64,000 nucleotides of DNA from Paramoeba atlantica (taxonomy: Eukaryota; Protista; Discosea). Below, piece after piece: positions 14,301 through 26,900 of this stretch (position 1 is the first letter of the stretch; every line of letters starts with the position of its first letter). Position numbers and translations under genes: made by a program. The notes under the pieces are model-generated. The model ran no database searches. It worked only from the letters and a program-made list of their open reading frames with translations, and was not told the DNA's origin. The stretch is from positions 248,001 to 312,000 of the forward strand of contig CDRNVI010000045.1 of assembly GCA_977017575.1 (NCBI GenBank). Direction: 5' to 3'.

Positions 14301-16327
14301 CTTCCTATTCAGTTGATTTCTTCCTATTAAGTTGATTTCTTCCTATTAAAGTTGATTTCTTCCTATTAAGTTGATTTCTTCCTATTAAGTTGATTTCTTC
14401 CTATTAAAGTTGATTTCTTCCTATTAAAGTTGATTTCTTCCTATTAAAGTTGATTTCTTCCTATTAAAGTTGATTTCTTCCTATTAAGTTGATTTCTTCC
14501 TATTAAGTTGATTTCTTCCTATAAGTTGATTTCTTCCTATTAAGTTGATTTCTTCCAATTAAAGTTGATTTCTTCCTATTAAAGTTGATTTCTTCCTATT
14601 AAGTTGATTTCTTCCTATTAAGTTGATTTCTTCCTATAAGTTGATTTCTTCCTATTAAGTTGATTTCTTCCTATTACGTTGATATCTTCCTATTAAGTTG
14701 ATTTCTTTCTATTAAAGTTGATTTCTTCCTATTCAGTTGATTTCTTCTTATTAAGTTGATTTCTTCCTATTAAGTTGATTTCTTCCTATTAAGTTGATTT
14801 CTTCCTATTAAGTTGATTTCTTCCTATTCAGTTGATTTCTTCCTATTAAGTTGATTTCTTCCTATTAAGTTGATTTCTTCCTATTAAAGTTCATTTCTTC
14901 CTATTAAGTTGATTTCTTCCTATTAAGTTGATTTCTTCCTATTAAAGTTGATTTCTTTCTATTAAGTTGATTTCTTCCTATTAAAGTTGATTTCTTCCTA
15001 TTAAGTTGATTTCTTCCTATTAAGTTGATTTCTTCCTATTAAAGTTGATTTCTTCCTATTAAAGTTGATTTCTTCCTATTAAAGTTGATTTCTTCCTATT
15101 AAAGTTGATTTCTTCCTATTAAGTTGATTTCTTCCTATTAAGTTGATTTCTTCCTATAAGTTGATTTCTTCCTATTAAGTTGATTTCTTCCAATTAAAGT
15201 TGATTTCTTCCTATTAAAGTTGATTTCTTCCTATTAAGTTGATTTCTTCCTATTAAGTTGATTTCTTCCTATAAGTTGATTTCTTCCTATTAAGTTGATT
15301 TCTTCCTATTAAGTTGATTTCTTCCTATAAGTTGATTTCTTCCTATTAAGTTGATTTCTTCCTATTACGTTGATATCTTCCTATTAAGTTGATTTCTTTC
15401 TATTAAAGTTGATTTCTTCCTATTAAGTTGATTTCTTCCTATTAAGTTGATTTCTTCCTATTAAGTTGATTTCTTCCTATTAAGTTGATTTCTTCCTATT
15501 AAGTTGATTTCTTCCTATTAAGTTGATTTCTTCCTATTCAGTTGATTTCTTCCTATTAAGTTGATTTCTTCCTATTAAGTTGATTTCTTCCTATTAAGTT
15601 GATTTCTTCCTATTCAGTTGATTTCTTCCTATTAAGTTGATTTCTTCCTATTAAGTTGATTTCTTCCTATTAAGTTGATTTCTTCCTATTAAGTTGATTT
15701 CTTCCTATTAAAGTTGATTTCTTCCTATTAAAGTTGATTTCTTCCTATTAAGTTGATTTCTTCCTATTAAGTTGATTTCTTCCTATAAGTTGATTTCTTC
15801 CTATTAAGTTGATTTCTTCCTATTACGTTGATATCTTCCTATTAAGTTGATTTCTTTCTATTAAAGTTGATTTCTTCCTATTCAGTTGATTTCTTCTTAT
15901 TAAGTTGATTTCTTCCTATTAAGTTGATTTCTTCCTATTAAGTTGATTTCTTCCTATTAAGTTGATTTCTTCCTATTAAGTTGATTTCTTCCTATTAAGT
16001 TGATTTCTTCCTATTAAGTTGATTTCTTCCTATTAAGTTGATTTCTTCCTATTAAGTTGATTTCTTCCTATTCAGTTGATTTCTTCCTATTAAGTTGATT
16101 TCTTCTTTTAAGTTGATTTCTTCCTATTAAGTTGATTTCTTCCTATTAAGTTGATTTCTTCCTATTAAGTTGATTTCTTCCTATTAAGTTGATTTCTTCC
16201 TATGCAGTTGATTTCTTCCTATGAAGTTGATTTCTTCCTATTAAGTTGATTTCTTCCTATTAAGTTGATTTCTTCCTATTAAGTTGATTTCTTCCTATTA
16301 AGTTGATTTCTTCCTATTAAGTTGATT
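2306..16327. repeat. Tandem satellite, 19-bp unit AAGTTGATTTCTTCCTATT (18/20-bp and point variants), about 14 kb, roughly 735 copies
   Basis: Directly visible uninterrupted array, except for one 20-bp insert at 2871-2890. Confidence 0.99.
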
Positions 16328-16328
16328 A

Positions 16329-17387
16329 ATGAATATTTCTAGGGAGAAGGCGGAGGCGTCCGGACCTTTTGCCAGCTTGCTCTCGGTCAAAGAGAAGTTA
16401 CGGAAGGCCACGTGTCAACGGGGAAACCTCTTTCTGCCTACTCAGCGGAGAGAGGGAGTAGCGATACTCCGGCAGCGGGCCCTGTGTCGAATGCAGTCAC
16501 TTATGGTTCCGGGGAAGAGGTTCGTTATAACCTGGTGCAAGTCATATGACTATAGTACGAGGATGTGGGAAGGTTCTGTTGTGTCGGTTGAACCGGACGG
16601 TTTCCGCTGGGTAAAATTTGATGCAGTAGTTGACCGATTTTTTCATTTTCCTCCGAAGGATCCTCGAATACTTGTGTCAGGGGGGCGAGTTGCTTCTCTG
16701 GATACTAAAAGGATTCGCAAGAGATATAGGAAGCGCAAATGCTGTTCTCGGCGTGGCGTCCGGGAGCAGAGACCCAACATTTATGCTATGAACGAGGACT
16801 TTGTATTTGGCAGCTTGAACGTGGACACGTTGAAAATTAAGAGTACGGAAGTGAACGCACTGCGTAGGTCCCTTAGGTTACATCAAGTGGTTAACTGCAT
16901 GAAGAGCTACGGCATATCCATCTTTGCACTACAAGAGACGAGACTACGCTTTGCAAATAATGACTCCATCGTGCATCAAAAATTATACATTGGGAGAGGG
17001 TGGATTCATATATATCTTATGAGCGCTACGGCCGGTTATAATGGTATGGCATTCTTAAGTACGAAACCGCTTAAAGTCGAACAAATATCACACCGAATTA
17101 TGGAGGCAGTGGTTAGAATTGGGAACAGTAAAGTCAATATTTTTAACGTGTACTCCCCGATTGCAACGGCCAAGAAGGAGAAGCAAGATGATTTCGACAA
17201 ATCCCTTTTGGATGCCTGGCACGAATCGAGTGCTCCAATGAAGGTTATTTGTGGGGACATGAATGCACCATTGCAAACAGCAGGAGGTAGAAAGTGCTAT
17301 TCTAAAAGGGCCAAAGATTTACGAAAATTTCTTCAGAGTTTGGGGGCGAAATCTTCACACGAAACGTGCACTTCGAAACGCAAGTGA
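16329..17387 (+). pseudogene. 5' part of an APE-type LINE ORF (N-terminal barrel-like module plus AP endonuclease), 3' truncated
   Basis: APE motifs GSLNVDTL, IFALQETR, GYNGMAFL, NVYSPI and VICGDMNA. The ORF ends at a junction with YR gag sequence. Confidence 0.85.
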
Positions 17388-17830
17388 CGTTGAAGAAATG
17401 CAATTGACGTTGAAGATGTACACCGTAAAATTAGCAAGGATGAACGTTCTAATGACAAATTTTACCAGCATGTAGCAGACCAATTGACTGAACGGGATAA
17501 AGCCAAGAAGTATTACGCTGCGGACTTTTCTGCGCCCTATTACCCACCACCGTTCCAAGGTTTCCCACCACCACCACCACCGGGACCGTCGATGCAAGCC
17601 AACATATTTCCCGGTGGACCACCTTGCCGTAATCGTTTATTGTGTTTCAATTGTCGTTCCCCCGATCATATCCTACGCCAGTGCCCGCATCGACGCCAGC
17701 AGCCGGATTTTCGGTCGCGGGTGTCTGGCACCGCTCATCAGAGCGGAAAGTCGTTATAGGACGACCACCCGAAAATTGCCAGTGTCCCGGCCCCCCGGAA
17801 ACGGGGGCGCTTTGGGGCGGAAACCTCGCT
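17388..17830 (+). pseudogene. YR-retrotransposon gag C-terminus with CCHC zinc knuckle
   Basis: CFNCRSPDHILRQC (Cx2Cx4Hx4C) after a Pro-rich linker; same arrangement as the gag at 24902..25162. Confidence 0.7.
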
Positions 17831-17832
17831 AG

Positions 17833-19699
17833 TAACCAAACGTTTCAAGAACTGTTCAGGGGAATATGTGACAAGCTCAGTAAACTTGAACGGAAGGTTG
17901 GTGAACTCGACGCAAGTGTACGGAGGAGTTTTGAGTTTGCAACAATCAAACCAAGCGAGAAGGAAATTGACACAGCATCTCATGGGAGTGACTTTGGTAA
18001 CGCACGAAGTACGGATAGCGCTGGACGCCATGGCGTCGATGTGGGCATTTTGGCCGCGTCATTTCTATATCGTGCGTAGGGTTATACAAAGGCATGAAGG
18101 ATTTTAAAGAAATTGGCTCACGTGGTCGCCATAATATACTGAATGATCAGGAGTCATCTCTTCTCCTGCGAGTATTCGACCAATTACGTGAACAAAGTAT
18201 CCCTATTTACGCATCACTTATAGCAAGCGTCGCCCGAGGAATCAAAGAGGGTTGTTCACCTAGATCCACGACTTTGAATGGGGGTTGTCTAAAGTTTTCT
18301 TCCTCTTGGGCAAAGGATTGGATGAAAAGAAATAACATACGCGTGCGTCATGCCACAAGCGACCGTACCGTGACTCCAGGCGAAGTAATCGAATCATCTA
18401 AGAAATTTTTCTCGCAACTTGAGGTCTTCAAAGGTATATGCGATAAAGAGTTTGTATTCAATTCTGACGAATTTTTTGTGTGTTTGGGATTAGGCAGATC
18501 GAACGCTACTTGGACATGGGAGCGCATTGATCGCGGAGAATCGCGTACAATATCTGTTCGTAAAGAAAAACAGGGATTCACTTGCAATGTTTTGTCATCT
18601 GCGGCAGGAAGTGTTAAGATGTTGCAATTCATTTACCAAGGAACAAGTCGTGTATTTGTAAACACAGGCAATGACCCACGCGTTCTTCAATGTGCCAGAA
18701 AAGAATCTCATTTCCAGGATTCTTCAACTTGGTCGACTTTTTTAGCGCGTTTTAAAGAAATACTTTCTTTGGAGCGTGAAGCGCAAAAGAAACCGGAAGC
18801 TCGGGCTCTTCTGATCATTGATGAAGCGACCCAGCATGGTAGTACAGATTCTATCCTTCAGGATGCGTCTTGTGGAGTAGTTTGCGTCCCGAAAAAAATG
18901 ACTCACGTATTTCAGCCAGCGGATCAGTTCATTATTTCTGGGTTAAAAGAGCGTGCTGTGCAACTTTATAACAGTGATATAGGCTATATCACTGTTAAAA
19001 TATATATCACTGTTAAAATACGGGCTATAATAGCCCGTATTTTTTCGCGCTCTGAGAACAGTACGGCGGTATCTAATATGGTAAGCACATCCCGCACTCT
19101 CTGTCGCGAAAAAAAGGTTTCCTATATCATCCAAGCAATGAATGAAATTTCTCCTGCGCAAATTCTTGCCTCTTGGGAAGTTACAGAAATACCCAAGGTT
19201 TTGTTTGGTGAAGTAAAAACGCGCTCTTCTCGCCTTGATGCGTATAAAAACTTACAAACTCACTTAGGATCATCAGGGGACAACATATTCGTTGACGCGG
19301 ATGATCAAGAGCAAACTCCATTGCCTATACCAAACGACGAGATAGCTACCTCCAATTTACCTAGTGAAAGAAGAAAACGCGGACGCCCTCGGAAAATACT
19401 ATCGAGTGGGGACCTCGAAATGCAGCGACGCGAAGCCGAAGATATTGCCAATCTGGGCCACCGCCTACGCGGAATGACACGTAAGCGTAGAGGGCAATAT
19501 AAGTCCGCCAAAGAATTGCACATTGCCCCATTGACATCCTATGGAATAGGGCCGCGCAATTGATCAAACTGGATTCGCTCAATATAGTCATGAAAGAAAT
19601 GATGAGTAATGATTACTTCTTTATTGGTAAACTTTTGAATTTCCAGAGAGCTTTCATTAGTTATTTTGGGGTTTTTTAAGCCGTGTTATGGACATACTG
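17833..19699 (+). mobile_element. pogo-like DNA transposon; only the right end is recognisable
   Basis: ...GTGTTATGGACATACTG|TA at 19699; the reverse complement starts CAGTA like pogo TIRs. No matching left TIR seen. Confidence 0.55.
18094..19563 (+). CDS. pogo/Tigger-like DDE transposase (CENP-B-type HTH, DDE_1 domain, C-terminal AT-hook); N-terminus probably frameshifted
   Basis: GRHNILNDQESSLL linker, FVFNSDEF, LLIIDEATQH, PKKMTHVFQPADQ and KRGRPRK. Confidence 0.85.
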   Translation: MKDFKEIGSRGRHNILNDQESSLLLRVFDQLREQSIPIYASLIASVARGIKEGCSPRSTTLNGGCLKFSSSWAKDWMKRNNIRVRHATSDRTVTPGEVIESSKKFFSQLEVFKGICDKEFVFNSDEFFVCLGLGRSNATWTWERIDRGESRTISVRKEKQGFTCNVLSSAAGSVKMLQFIYQGTSRVFVNTGNDPRVLQCARKESHFQDSSTWSTFLARFKEILSLEREAQKKPEARALLIIDEATQHGSTDSILQDASCGVVCVPKKMTHVFQPADQFIISGLKERAVQLYNSDIGYITVKIYITVKIRAIIARIFSRSENSTAVSNMVSTSRTLCREKKVSYIIQAMNEISPAQILASWEVTEIPKVLFGEVKTRSSRLDAYKNLQTHLGSSGDNIFVDADDQEQTPLPIPNDEIATSNLPSERRKRGRPRKILSSGDLEMQRREAEDIANLGHRLRGMTRKRRGQYKSAKELHIAPLTSYGIGPRN

Positions 19700-19701
19700 T
19701 A

Positions 19702-19851
19702 ATGCTTTTTCTCCTCTCGAATTTTTTCTAGCTCTCTGGCATTTTTTGTTTCGCCATACAAATATTAGTGGGACAAAAATTAATGTTTTTTTAATTAATA
19801 TTTGCATGGGTCCAACACTAATTAAAAAAACATTAAATTTTGGCGGCAGTG
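19702..19851. mobile_element. Right end of a possible Tc1-like element
   Basis: Ends TTTTGGCGGCAGTG|TA, after which YR coding sequence resumes immediately. No partner end found. Confidence 0.35.
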
Positions 19852-19853
19852 TA

Positions 19854-20519
19854 ACGTACGGCAGAAATCTCATGACCTTATTCAACCTAGCGGGTGCCAA
19901 CATAAATCCACTCAAGTTCTTTGTTCGAGCCCTGCAAGCAGAGGGAGCGGGAGAGCCGATGCACCAAATGACGCCGCTGACACCACACCTTCTTTGTCGT
20001 CTAAGATCAAACCTGGAGGCGAACGAAAGTGTCACAATGCTAATATGTTGGAAGAGTGCATCGAGATGGAGCGAAACGGCTGCCCTGCGAAAGGAAAATT
20101 TTGTGGAAGTAAACTCCAACCGGATCATAATATGGTGGGGTCGAGGCACAAAGACCTCAAGATGCAACCCGTGGAAAAAATCAATGTATACAGTCATATC
20201 GGGACAGGGAACTCTCGAAATAGCGGATCACCTACGTATTCTGAAGTCTTACGACGTCCTGTGTCGAACAACAGTGCGAAAGATGGACAGCAAGATTCGC
20301 GACATTCTAGGTGCGGGGTTCGGGACTCATTCAGCCAAGAAGGGGGCAATTACAATGCTATTTCGAGAGGTAGCACAGGGAAAGTTAACATTGGAAGATT
20401 TGAAAATTTTGGCGAAGCATCAAGAGATCGAATCACTCCTCCGATACAACAGCGACCCAGTGACAACAGCTTTGGCGTTGGGAACCGCAAACGCGACCTC
20501 CCTCCTGAAAATGCTATAG
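19854..20519 (+). pseudogene. Tyrosine recombinase of VIPER/TATE-like element 1 (5' truncated)
   Basis: Catalytic motifs WKSASRW, TKTS, HSAKKG, LAKH and LLRY. Confidence 0.9.
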
Positions 20520-22129
20520 AATCAGGGTCTTTATTTCGCGAGTTCCTGCGGGACATGCCGCAGGAGAAAATCAAGCACACTATCGTGCGAACCAAAAGAA
20601 CTACCAAGCTAGCGACGAAAGAGAATTTTCATTTACCGCTACATGTGAAATTTGACATTCCACAAATTAATTTCAAACGAGTCATGAGTTTAATGAATGA
20701 GGAAACGCGTCAGCGCTGCGAGTACCTACGACGTGAAATGTTTGCTCTGTTACCAGAACCAGAAAAAGAATCTCCTCAATTTTTCTCTGTCCCATTAAGC
20801 GATGTACAGTTATTAATTGACGCAGGCTTTGTATCGAAAGTGTCCCACGAACAAGAGACAAAACGCCCGACAAATCAATGGGTCATTCCATTCACTGTAG
20901 TGGAGCCTGACGGCGACGATGGTATCTGTGAAAGAAGATTCATTGCATAGACGAGAGCAGACAACGCTCGAATTCGGGAATCGTACGTGCCTTCCATTCC
21001 TTTACGACATGCTGCCTACTATTTACACCAGGTGAAGCAAGATTACGGAATTAAAAGGGATCTCGCATGCAGTTTTTATCAAGTAGGAATTCCAATTGAC
21101 TCGAGAGCAAAATTTCGTTTCCGATCAGTTGACGGCCACTTGTATGAACAAACAGTTATGCCCATGGGACATCGATGTGCTCCAGAGTTGATGCATTCGA
21201 TTACCGCAGTTTTGGCTGGCGACCCGCAATACTGTTCAAAAGAAGATAGATTTCCGGTAAAAGGCGCCGATGTTTACATTGATGGAATTCGTTTTGCCGG
21301 GGATTTCCAGACGGCGAGTGAGTTCGGTGAATTCGTAGATCGCAGGTCATCATTCATAAATGCAAGATTTAAAGACCACGGGACTCCTCCCCAACAAAAT
21401 TATATTTTCAATGGAGTGTCATATTTACATCGCGAGAAGAAAGTAGCGCTTGTGCCGAAAATTGTAGCACGGTTGAGAAAACATAGTTTCCGTACGATAA
21501 CATACGACGATTTAGAATCAGCTGTAGGTAGAATGATATATGCATCCGGAATTTTGGGAGAACCGTTACGGGAGTATCACATGATATTAAAAATTGTTCG
21601 ACGACGCATAAATGCATTAAATCGAAATCCAGATTTGGGAATTAAACGCGCAATGTTGCCTGCTTATGTCGGAATCTCATTGACCAGATGGAATAAAAAG
21701 TTGAGTAATATTCCTGTAACCCCTTTGCCGCACCCAGATGCCGTTCCGCACAATCACACGTTATTTACAGATGCCTCGTCCAAGGGATGGGGCGCCGTTC
21801 TATACTTAGATTATGGGCAAATGCTGTGTGCTGGAGATAAATGGCCCGAGGAATACGAGTACGAAGTCAACAAAGCGGAGGCGAGGGCCGTTCGTCTTGC
21901 TTTGGAGCACTTCGTTCATCACTTTAATCGCGACACGTGTATCGACTTGTATATAGACAATACCTCCTGCTTAGCTGCGATGAAACGAAAGGTCTCAAAA
22001 TCAGATGGTATTACAACAGAATTAAAAGCAGTATTGAAAACGCTTCGACGACATGGCTTCGCAATATCCCCGCGTTATGTATCATCTGAAAATAATCCTG
22101 CAGACCCAGTAAGCCGAGGACATTATTGA
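19994..22129 (+). pseudogene. RT-RNase H of YR element 1 (overlaps YR; TAG at 20948)
   Basis: KRDLACSFYQ, PMGHRCAP and YIDG; RNase H motifs LFTDAS, NKAEARA, YIDNTS and NPADPVSRG. Confidence 0.9.
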
Positions 22130-22290
22130 TAGTAAATAGATGCACGCAATACATAATACAACACAAAAAAAAACCTAACCCCGGAAAAAAGAAAAAAAAA
22201 GAGAGAACATTTAAATCAACGACGGCAGCAAACTGGACGTGCGAAAGGGTGAATGGAACGTACGGGGGACTAGCGATTGGGTGGTCCCCG

Positions 22291-23012
22291 CGTGGGGCGG
22301 ACTACCCGTTTGCAAGTGACAAAGAAGGTGAATATGTTGAGGTATGAAAACGAGATATGAATGTGTAATATGAATCTGAATGTGAATCACAGGAGTAAGA
22401 TATCTGATAATGTACATCATGATATGAATGGGTTGAAAGTAAAGTGATGAGGTTGAACATGCTATAGGAGATTTGTTTCTGTTTGAATTTATTTGTACTA
22501 TGATGCGAGGCGTAATTCTAAGAGTTTACGATAAGAATTGTCCAGCGCATCATTTTGATTTTAATATTGATTTTGAATTTACATGATTGAGCTTATTTTG
22601 CCGAATAGCCGGCGGGCATTGTACGCATGTTTTTGAAATTCAACTTGTGAGATAATATTAATGTACATGTCAATATGTATTAGCATGAAGATTGATATAA
22701 GAATATTTTTTCATATTTCCGCGACGAAAAGTTTGCCCCGCCCACCATCCCCCATCCACTCCCCACGTGGGGCGGACTACCCGTTCGCAAGTGACATAGA
22801 AGGTGAATATGACAAAGAAGGTGAAATATGTTGAGGTATGAAAACGAGATATGAATGTGTAATATGAATCTGAATGTGAATCACAGGAGTAAGATATCTG
22901 ATAATGTACATCATGATATGAATGGGTTGAAAGTAAAGTGATGAGGTTGAACATGCTATAGGAGATTTGTTTCTGTTTGAATTTATTTGTAGTATGATGC
23001 GAGGCGCAATTC
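22291..23012 (+). repeat. Split direct repeats B1-A2-B2 at the 3' end of YR element 1
   Basis: 22291-22560 is nearly identical to 22766-23012. The B1|A2 junction reads GATTT|TAATA at about 22561. Confidence 0.85.
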
Positions 23013-23016
23013 TTCT

Positions 23017-23919
23017 TTGAAGGTTACCTTGTTGGGAGAAGTTCCGCTTGTAAAAACGTACCGGTACTTGGGGAGCTCCATAAATCCTGAGGACGCGCAC
23101 TCTGCTCCCCGAGACCGTATTCGACTAGGATGGTACGCAATGCAAAGACTTAATCCGATATGGAAATCTTCACTTTCAACGCAATGTCGCTTAAGATTGT
23201 TTAAGATACTAGTTTTGTCTATTGTGTCCTATGGATGTAGTGCATGGAATGCATCTCAACTTGAGCTACACGATCTTGACATTGAAATCTCAAAAATGCG
23301 TCGCATAGTGTGTGGAGTCAAGAACTCATGGGATGGGACAAAGAGAATGAGACTAGAATCTTTATATTGTGGGGATAAAAAGTTAAGCACCATTGCGCGA
23401 TGTCAGAGAGCAAAACTAATGGAACATCTTATACGACATTCTTCCATATTTTGTCAGGCTATGGGTTGGAGAGAAGAAGTAAATACCAAATCAAAATCAA
23501 TTCTAGAGGCGTGTGCACGCGACATTGGCATGAATGCGGCAGAACTTCTTTACTTCTCCATCAGTCGCGCATCTCTGAACTCTAAGATACAACAACTAGA
23601 GGACCGGTTGGAGCCTCGCCCAAAATACGTCAAATGGAAAACAGGGCCGTGGGCAGGTAAACATCAAAGGGTTACTTCCTCCAAGGAGGCACAATTCGTA
23701 GAAGAGGGCGATGTGCCGTTCAAAATTCGTGCAAATGAAATGCATTTATATACTGACGGGGCATTGTCTACAAAGAAAAATCAAATAGCAACGGGATGTG
23801 CGTATGTATCGTTACGAGTTGGGAATCAAAAACTTATGGTAGGGATGCGCCCACCGGAAGATGTACCGTTTACCATTATGGCAGTTGAGGCGTATGGGGC
23901 ATTTGCAGCATTGTTATGA
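23017..23919 (+). pseudogene. LINE fragment: RT thumb plus RNase H N-terminus
   Basis: YRYLGS and RLRLFKILVLSIVSYG (thumb); LYTDGA and VEAYGAFAAL (RNase H). Confidence 0.75.
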
Positions 23920-23964
23920 GTTTACGAGATGAAATTTAGGAGACTATATATTAGGAGCATGATT

Positions 23965-26900
23965 ATATATTGGCTGCCCCAAAAGGGGTCTAAACTATTT
24001 TTCTAATCCAGCCCCGAAATGGGTCTAAACTATTTGATTGTTTCAACGTGTTGTTATTATGAGATTTCATTATGTGAATAATGTATTAGTAACATTCCTC
24101 CCTAAAACAACAAAAACGTTTCCATGGCCGGTATCTTAAATACCGTACGACGCACATTGTTTATGGCGCGACAGGACAGCCCAAACCCTCAAGATCCCAA
24201 TGAACCTGTCACACCTACTCTCAGACAAGGAAGAGAGCAACGACATACACTCAACCCGGAGCAAGTGGCGGCTTTGCTTCGTGGGGGAGACGGCGCGGAG
24301 GCCATGACCGAGGAGGGTAAGATGGAGTTCGCCGCTAAGGTTAAGTCCTTAGTGGCGCGGGGTTACCAGGTGTCGGTCGAAGCGGTATGGGGCCATGTCG
24401 GGGATACGCATCGTCAGACAGTAGTTGGAAATATGTCGATCAAAGACGATGGGTCTGGAGCATTGGAGGCCAAGTGGTCGGACGAGCCTGGTTTGGCATA
24501 TGATTTCCCCTACCCGGATATTAACTATTATTCTTTGGAAATCTCCAGCGTGCGTGCTGTGATGCCAGGGGGGCGGAAAACCGAGGACGGGCAACTGACA
24601 CCGCAAATCGTAACGGACCCGGCAAAGTTTACAACTTACGCACCTTTAACATGGGGGCCGTGGCTTGAGTCAGAAGACGAGCTTCGCGTCCGGGACCTCA
24701 TACGTGACCTCAGGTGTGCCCCAGAGTTTGGACTGTTGTTGCACCCTCCGCCCATTCGAGAGCGACTCTTTAAGATTGTCCAAGACTAGATTTATGCGGC
24801 CCGTATGTACCCTATGTGGCGTGAAGAGCATTTTTTGGGCATAGTCCAAACGGCCATAGAGGAGTTGCGCAACCATTACTGGGGCACTCAGGGAATTCCG
24901 ATTGAAAAATCTCCAGTTGAAACCCCACAAGGAAGACGAGACTAAGGATGCCTATACGAAGGCCGTGGCTGACGAGAAACTGCGACAACTCCGTACCGCA
25001 AAAGCGCCGGCGAAACCTGGTTTGCTCTGCTATAAATGCCACAGGCCAGGTCACATCCGCGCCTATTGCCCTACCCTAACTCAGGCACCACAACGCACCT
25101 TTCAAACGGGTTTTCGCTCGGGGGTGACGAGCGGCACCGTTGGTGCAAAGAGGGGCCAATAGGGAAGGCCCCCCACCCCTTATTTCGCTCGTGCCCTGCA
25201 GGAGGGCGACTCAACCAGGAAATTTCGCACGTGCCCAGCTGCCGAAGAGGCGGCGGGTGAACTCATCCAGCGGCTATTCGTTTTTATCCGCGACATACAT
25301 GCGGAGCGTTCCCTTGCCTGTGCGCCATGTCAGCCAAACCGCAACCTTCCGAACCAAAGAACCCCATTCCATCACCTCGGCGGCAAACGACGCATCGACG
25401 CGAGCGACGGCAACCGACGCATCGATCACGAAGAGTTCGGTCTGCAAGCAAAGAGAAGGCTAACATGCACGATGTTGCGATTACATCCCCGGAGCACGGT
25501 GGTAGAACCATTGTGTCGCGCGATTGCACCTATGTGGACAAACAACACATGGACGTCCAGAAGTCGTCTCTGGGACCGACTTACCCGCTTCTGCAACGAC
25601 GCAAACGTAGACATACGTAGAACCCGTCCAAGCAGTTGTATTTCTCGACCAGCTGAATCCGGCGCCCTCCACGGTTCTGTCGTATGCCAGAAGCCTCCAA
25701 TCCGTATTCAACCTCGCCAAAATCCCCACAGGCCCACTTCAGCTATACACGAAGGCTTTGCAGGCGAAAGGAGCGCTAGAACCCATAAGGCAGATGAATC
25801 CAGCCACACCATGGCTACTGAGCAAGCTTCGAGCCAAACTTACCTCAAAGGACTCAATCGCAGTACTGATATGCTGGAAGGCAGCTGCAAGATGGACAGA
25901 AGTTGCGGAACTAACGAAAGAACGGTTCATCAAAATCGACAGGAACGAAGTTATCATTTATTGGGGAAGAAACACCTAAACGACTCGACTGAACCCCTAC
26001 CGCATGTCGATGTGCACAACAATAATCGGTCAAGGGACACAGGAAATAGCAGAACATGTAAAGTGGATGACAACAGGTCAAAGATTCACCAGCACGACGG
26101 TAAGAGAAATGGACCAGATCATCCGGAAAGTATGGGGAACGAATTTCGACACTCATTCAATCAAACGAGGTGCGGTGACGCACCTGTTTCAGGAAATACC
26201 TCGAGGAAGGGTAACAATCGCAGACGTACAAAATCTCGCAAAGCATCAGAGCGTTACTTCCCTCTTACGGTACAATGCAAGCCTGGTAACAACCGCGAAG
26301 GCACTCGGTACACATCGAGCTTCGGTGCTCCTCCCACTCCAATAACACAGGCAGACGTGGACAAGTGACTGGACCAGATCCCGCACGTCAAGCGCTATAG
26401 CATCATCTGTGCTAGACGAACCTCACGCTTGGCGAAGCCTCACGATATGCATTACCCTCTGCATGTTAAAACCGAAATACCTAATATGGACTTAGACAAA
26501 ATCAAGTATTGGATGAGGAATGACGCACGATATCGTTTCGAGCAGGTGATCAGTAAAATGTTATGCACCCGGATCTCGCCTCAACCCGAACCACCAGTTA
26601 GAGGTAATCTCCATTGGAGCGATATTAAAGATCTGCTGGCAGCTAAAGTGATTGAACGAGTGCCTGACGAAATCTCCCGCAAAATTCCGACGATCCAATA
26701 CTTAGTTCCTTTTACTGTCCTGGAGGCTGACGAATCTGGTAAATTACGGCGTCGCTTTATATCTTGGACGCGAGATGACAATGAACGCCTGAAAAATTAT
26801 GAACCTGTTGTACCGCTTCTCCATCCGGCGAAGTACCTCCATCGAGTGAATATGGAGGTTGGCGTCAAAAGAGATCTCAAATGCGGGTTTTACCAAGTTC

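Noticed and set aside
2306-16327. CRISPR array or telomeric repeat
   Set aside because: Contiguous 19-bp units with no spacers, no cas genes and no TTAGGG-type array.
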